The position numbers and the translations under genes are program-made. DNA of 55,506 nt, filler included, from Sphacelaria rigidula (Eukaryota): assembly GCA_964200075.2 (NCBI GenBank). It is 6 parts of 6 records of this genome, joined end to end, with 100 filler letters (N's around TTAATTAATTAA, not from the genome) between each part and the next. Parts side by side here need not be neighbours in the genome. Positions count along the whole stretch, not along the records: positions 46,340 to 55,506 come from CAXNAA020009142.1; 5 more parts are not named here. One strand, given 5' to 3'. Positions 50,552 through 55,506 of this stretch are shown here, piece by piece. The first letter of the stretch is position 1. Each line of letters begins with the position of its first letter. The notes under the pieces are model-generated. The model saw only the letters and a program-made list of their open reading frames with translations. It was not told the DNA's origin and did no database searches.

Positions 50552-51817
50552 GAGGCTTTAGTTCCGTGTGCGCGTTTTTTTCTTGAAAATAAGCTCCATT
50601 TTTTATATGTTTTTTTTTGTTTTCAAGCCCCCATTTTAAGCCTTTTTAGCGCAAATTAGGCGCGCTTTATGCGCCTTATTCTCGTCCTTATTGTGGCGTT
50701 GTGACAGTATACCCTCACGAGGCGCGCCTTCCAACATGAGGACAAGACGACGAGTTGGGCATTCATTCGAAGTTTTGTTGATTATTTATAATTAAAAAAT
50801 GAAGCTTTTCTTCAATTATTGAGTTTGGAGACCGCACAACCCGCACACCTACACCCTACCCCACATACAAAAACAACAAGCGCGACTATACTCAAGATAC
50901 TTGATACAGTAGTACGACAATGTAGCCTCTAGACACAGAGCATTGCAACCTTTGGCCTCTCGCCCGGCAAGCTACAAGCTACAAGCTATCACCACCCCCC
51001 CGCATCATCTACAAGCTATCATCTACCGTCAACCGAAATTGAAAATCTTGTCAAACTACCGGTACCCATTGTATTTCATAACTGGGGATTCGATCCGGTC
51101 ACCTAACGCCTTCTCCTGCTGGGAGTTCAAGCACCCACTCAAAATCGAAAATACTCGCTCCGTTGACGCGGACGATGGCTGGAAAAGTACAATATACATC
51201 GCCACGAGATCTCAACTGGGAAGCCTGTTCTTGTTGTCATATCAAAACGACAGCGAGCCGTACTCCGAGTGCGGGCCTGAGTCTGCGACCAAAAAGTCAT
51301 CCTTCTCGGACAGTAGGCCCACCATGACCTCGTGAGTTACAAACGTTGCTATCACTCGTTATCACTTCTCTCTGTTGGTGCTGCTGTTACAACTGCTGTC
51401 TGCTGTCTGCTGTCTGCTGTACAAAGTACAAGTGTATGATTTATTTCATATATTATTGTCATATTTTTTAAAACCACATAGTACCATGTGTATTGAACAT
51501 AGATTGAAGCAATCTGCTCATCAGACCCGCAACAAAATAGGAACACAAGACATGAACATGGAAATTCGAAGTATTGAGTGTTGGAGCCTGAAGCCTGACG
51601 CCTGTCGACCTGTCCGGTGACGGGTTACGCTACATGGAGCACTTGCGAGCAAAACAATATCGCAACTTTATGCGCGTTTTATGCGCGTTTTAAGCAATTT
51701 AAGCTCGTTTCAAGAGTATTAAGCCAATTTTAAGCTTTGCGCTAAGCAGGCCTATTCAAGCTAAAAAACACGAAACTATAAGCTAAACCTCATGCGCGCA
51801 TACGGAACTCAAGCCCA
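50552..51817 (-). mobile_element. Internally deleted hAT DNA transposon
   Basis: TIRs ggctttagttccgtgtgcgcg / cgcgcatacggaactcaagcc; 8-bp TSD GTATAGAG at 50544-50551 and 51818-51825; aagc/gcgc-rich subterminal repeats. Confidence 0.92.
51056..51325 (-). pseudogene. hAT transposase C-terminal dimerisation domain remnant
   Basis: Translates ...SF*YDNKNRLPS*DLVAMYIVLFQPSSASTERVFSILSGCLNSQQEKALGDRIESPVMKYNGYR*; PSSAxxERxFS is the hAT dimerisation signature. Confidence 0.88.
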
Positions 51818-51899
51818 GTATAGAGTGAATCGACCAACACCAATATATAGCGGATGTTATATGATACGTCCACAACCAGTAACTTGGCGACCTATCGTA

Positions 51900-53502
51900 T
51901 ACTTGAGTCGAATGTTTACACTTTCACAAGTGTTTTCTTCCTTTTGTATATCTTGGAACAGGGGCGGCATACGGCAACTTCCGGGCCGTTGATATTTAGC
52001 GGCCGTTTGGCCGTATGGGCCCAGCATTGACTGCCAATAAGAATAATATATTGATTTCAAGTCACAAGACAACGAAGAATGCAACAAAAGAACGATATCG
52101 AAAACAGAATCGGACACGGTGAAGGGTCCGTGCAACATAACCACCCACACTGCTAGGACACAGGAAGTATATTTTTTCGTTGTTCTGTTTCTTGGAGGGA
52201 TATTGGGGTCTTGAACAAGGACGTCATCAACTACAATGAAACTGAGGCTTTGCACGATGCTCGCATTGGAGATGTTTAGCGTTTTCCCGGGAGATGGTTG
52301 ACGCAAAACACGAAATCCAGCCGGCTCAAAATACAAATCCTTCCGCTCTCCATACTTGCTCAAACACGGAGATACGGTCAGTCTAGACCCGGCTTTCCAC
52401 ATATCAACAGTCAAATTCGGGTGGTTGTACGTCATCCCGAGATAGACATGTGCACCGAGTACTACGCTTGAAGATGGCTACATCGCCTTGGATCGACTTT
52501 TCAGAGCGTCTCCGATCAGTAATCCTACGATAGGCCACGACTTTGGCTTCCTCATGGCGGGCGGATACGCCACACTTGATGAAAGACCACGGCACTCTTT
52601 ATAGTAGCTTTGTTTCCCATCCTTTCTTTCTCGCCTTTCTAGTTTGTCGACGTTACAAGGATGCTGCCATAACAAAGTGCTTTTGTCAATACCATTATTG
52701 TGGGTGTCGAATAATGCCACTTTTCGTGCCATGCTCGTTCAGCGCCTTGTCATGCCCATATAACTACAGTATCTTGATTTACACAATCGGATATGAATAC
52801 CCCTAGTGATTTCAGCAGGTACTTGTTCGTGGATGAACTGCGTTGTAATTTGCTCTTCGCGACAAGATTCGCTGGATTCGGTCAGTGTGTCGACAGAAAA
52901 GTGATGTGGACTCTGTCGACCACATACGATACGATACTGACCGTCCGTACTCGGGAGCGGCTTTCGTTTGTGGTCCCGCATGTGTGATTTAGGAAAACCA
53001 GTCAAGATGGGTTTTGCGTCAGTAGGACAGACCCTCCCCATGATCGAGCATGGAGAGGGAGTGTGATCGTGGGTAGTACCGTATCCAAACTTACAATGCA
53101 CAGCAGGCCAAAATGATGGGCTTGCCTCGCAGTATGGGTCAACGGTCGTACCTCGTCGTTGCTCCTTTTATTCATCTCCCTCGTCTCGCCCCATCCCTCG
53201 TACGCATTGGGATATGATCTGTACTACATTTGTTTTTATCTGTCTTCAGGCCCTGGGAATCCGCCATACGCAATTCATATTTCACGCGGCGGATTGAGCA
53301 TCTGCGAAAAGAATTGAAGATCTACCAGGCTCCTCGACACCCCTTGAAATGGTGCATTTCGGGGCTTGGTACGCACTTCGTTGGGTGAAAGTGGAGCGTA
53401 TTTGACGACGGCCTCTCTTACCTCAGGAGCTACTGGAAACTTATCTACCCCCGTGGAAGGATTTGCAACGCCGTGCATCGTGGGGTGCATTAAATTTGTT
53501 GT
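51900..53502 (-). pseudogene. Possible degenerate Mutator-like (MULE) transposase
   Basis: Frameshifted motifs appear in MULE order: THTARQAHHFGLLC, TDAKPILTGF, DTHNNGIDK (TNNxxE-like), then C/H residues that may be SWIM-like. Matched by eye only. Confidence 0.35.
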
Positions 53503-53888
53503 TTGCGACATGCGTGTGTGGGGGGATTCCGGGAGTGCTGTGAGAGAGTGTTGTGGTGCTTTCAGAGTATCGATAGATGTGTTCGTGAAGTGCTACATGG
53601 GTGCATCGATGTAATTCAATGTCTCCAGCTTTTTTTCGCCGCACACTGTGTGGACACACACGACGCGCCGCGTTTGTGTATTGAGATGTGAGGCGCGTTG
53701 TTCGTTTGCATTGATGAGGTTCAATTCGATTCGATTCGATGCTGTCAGCCGCTGAGGGTCGTGTCGTGTGGTCCGTTGCAGGCTACACGACCTTCCACGT
53801 ATGCGGGTCTAGGTGGGGAAAGCACAAGCACCGTGGCGTGCGTATGTGTGTACTTGTGTGTGGGAAAGGGAAAGGGAAAGGGAAAGGG

Positions 53889-53981
<93 letters not shown>

Positions 53982-54225
53982 GGAAAAGGAAAAGGAAAAG
54001 GAAAGGAAAGGAAGGGGAAAGGAAAAGGAAAAGGAAAAGGAAAAGGAAAAGGAAAAGGAAAAGGAAAAGGAAAAGGAAAAGGAAAACGAAAACGAAAACG
54101 AAAAGGAGAAGGGACAGGAGAAGGAAAAGGAGAAGGAAAAGGAAAAGGAAAAGGAAAACGAAAAGGAAAAGGAAAAGGAAAAGGAAAAGGAAAAGGAAAA
54201 GGAAAAGGAAAAGGAAAAGGAAAAG

Positions 54226-54266
<41 letters not shown>

Positions 54267-55280
54267 GGAAAGGGAAAGGAATATGAAAAGGGAAAGGAAG
54301 GGGAAAAGGAAAATGAAAAGGGAAAGGAAAAGGAAAAGGAAAAGGAAAACGAAAACGAAAACGAAAAGGAGAAGGGAAAGGAGAAGGAAAAGGAAAAGGA
54401 AAAGGAAAAGGAAAAGGAAAAGGAAAAGGAAAAGGAAAAGGAAAACGAAAACGAAAAGGAAAACGAAAAGGAAAGGGAAAGGGAAATGAATATGAAAAGG
54501 GAAAGGAAAACGAAAACGAAAAGGAAAACGAAAAGGAAAAGGAAAACGAAAAGGGAGGGGAAAGAAAGGGGAAAAGGAACATGAAAAGGAACATGAAAAA
54601 GGAAAGGAAGGGGAAACGGAAGGGGAAAAGGAAAATGAAAAGGAAAATGAAAAGGGAAAGGAGGGGGAAAAGGAAGGGGAGAAGGAAAATGAAAAAGGAA
54701 AGGAAGGTGAAAAGGAAAGGGAAATGAAAATGAAAAGGAAAGGAAAAGGAAAAGGGAAAGGGAAAGGGAAAGGAAAAGGAAAAGGGAAAGAGGGAGGGAA
54801 AGAGGGAGGGAAAGAGGGATTATTCATTTATCTTGCGACATGCGTGTGTGTGGATTTGGGGAGTGCTGTGAGAGAGTGTTGTGGTGCTTTCAGAGTATCG
54901 GTAGGTGTGTTCGTGAAGTGCTACATGGGTGCATCAATGTATTTCGATGTCTCCAGCTTTTTGTCGCCGCACACTGTGTGGACACACACGACGCGCCGCG
55001 TTTGTGTATTGAGATGTGAGGCGCGTTGTTTGCACCGATGAGGTTCGATTCGATTCGATTCGATGCCATCAGCCGCCGAGGGCTGTGTCGTGTGGCCCGT
55101 TTCGGGCCACACGACCTTCCACGTATGCGGGTCGAGGCGTGGAAAGCACAAGCACCGTGGCGTGCGTATGTGTGTGCTTGTGTGTGGGAGGGGGAGGGGG
55201 AGGGGGAGGGGAAGAGGAGGTGGGAGAGGGGAGGGGGGGTGTTCATTTATCTTGCGACTTGTGTGTGGGGGGATTTTGGA
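53503..55280 (+). repeat. Tandem satellite: ~360-bp core plus a variable polypurine tract
   Basis: Cores 53503-53866 and 54833-55189 align. A third unit starts at 55252; units join at ttcatttatcttgcgac. Confidence 0.9.
53864..54818 (+). repeat. ~950-bp hexamer microsatellite (GAAAAC/GAAAAG/GGAAAG)n
   Basis: Directly visible; it accounts for the EK/KR/FS low-complexity ORFs. Confidence 0.98.
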
Positions 55281-55287
55281 GCTATTC

Positions 55288-55447
55288 CGGAAACCATAAT
55301 CATATTCCATCAAACTCAACAATGCCCCAATTGCCACCAAAAAACAATTTACGTCGGAAACCATAATTCCATCAAGCTCAGCAATGCCCCAATTGCCACA
55401 AAAAAAAGAGGTTATGTCGGAAACCATTATCAAGTCCCATCAAGCTG
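55288..55447 (+). repeat. ~65-bp tandem repeat, ~2.5 copies
   Basis: cggaaaccat...ccatcaa.ctca.caatgccccaattgccac recurs. Confidence 0.9.
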
Positions 55448-55474
55448 TGACGGTTTAAGAGACAACCAACTAGA

Positions 55475-55506
55475 CTACTGACAAGTCAGCGCTGACTTGT
55501 CAGTAG
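55475..55506. repeat. Perfect 32-bp palindrome at the contig end
   Basis: ctactgacaagtcagc|gctgacttgtcagtag. Confidence 0.95.

Noticed and set aside
51056..51325. Alternative genetic code (TGA = Trp)
   Set aside because: The region is a decayed transposon, TGG-to-TGA is a single transition, and the modelled host gene ends on TGA (44194-44196).
53698..54827. Long EK/KR/FS-rich ORFs (157-360 aa)
   Set aside because: They are by-products of a hexamer microsatellite that lacks stop codons.

Overview
The window is not a contiguous locus. It is six eukaryotic contigs of nearly identical length (9168, 9168, 9168, 9168, 9167, 9167 bp) joined by an artificial 100-bp spacer (44 N + TTAATTAATTAA + 44 N). 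The DNA is repeat-rich nuclear sequence, most likely from a brown alga; this is inferred from the LINE/Gypsy protein styles and the exon/intron architecture. Contents: a Ty3/Gypsy gag-protease-RT region cut by a contig end, a degenerate Gypsy integrase, three LINE remnants, an internally deleted hAT transposon with TIRs, an 8-bp TSD and a dimerisation-domain remnant, a probable MULE remnant, many MITE/foldback elements, and satellites. There are also two probable multi-exon host genes of unknown function and one isolated exon. No prokaryotic-type system, CRISPR array or intact rRNA/tRNA gene was seen. The most unusual structures are a tandem array of three CAG/CTG-armed hairpins with apparent covariation, a single Gypsy frame broken by only two stops, a satellite with a hyper-expanded polypurine tract, and a ~90-bp palindrome present in three states. 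None is demonstrably a new biological system from sequence alone.
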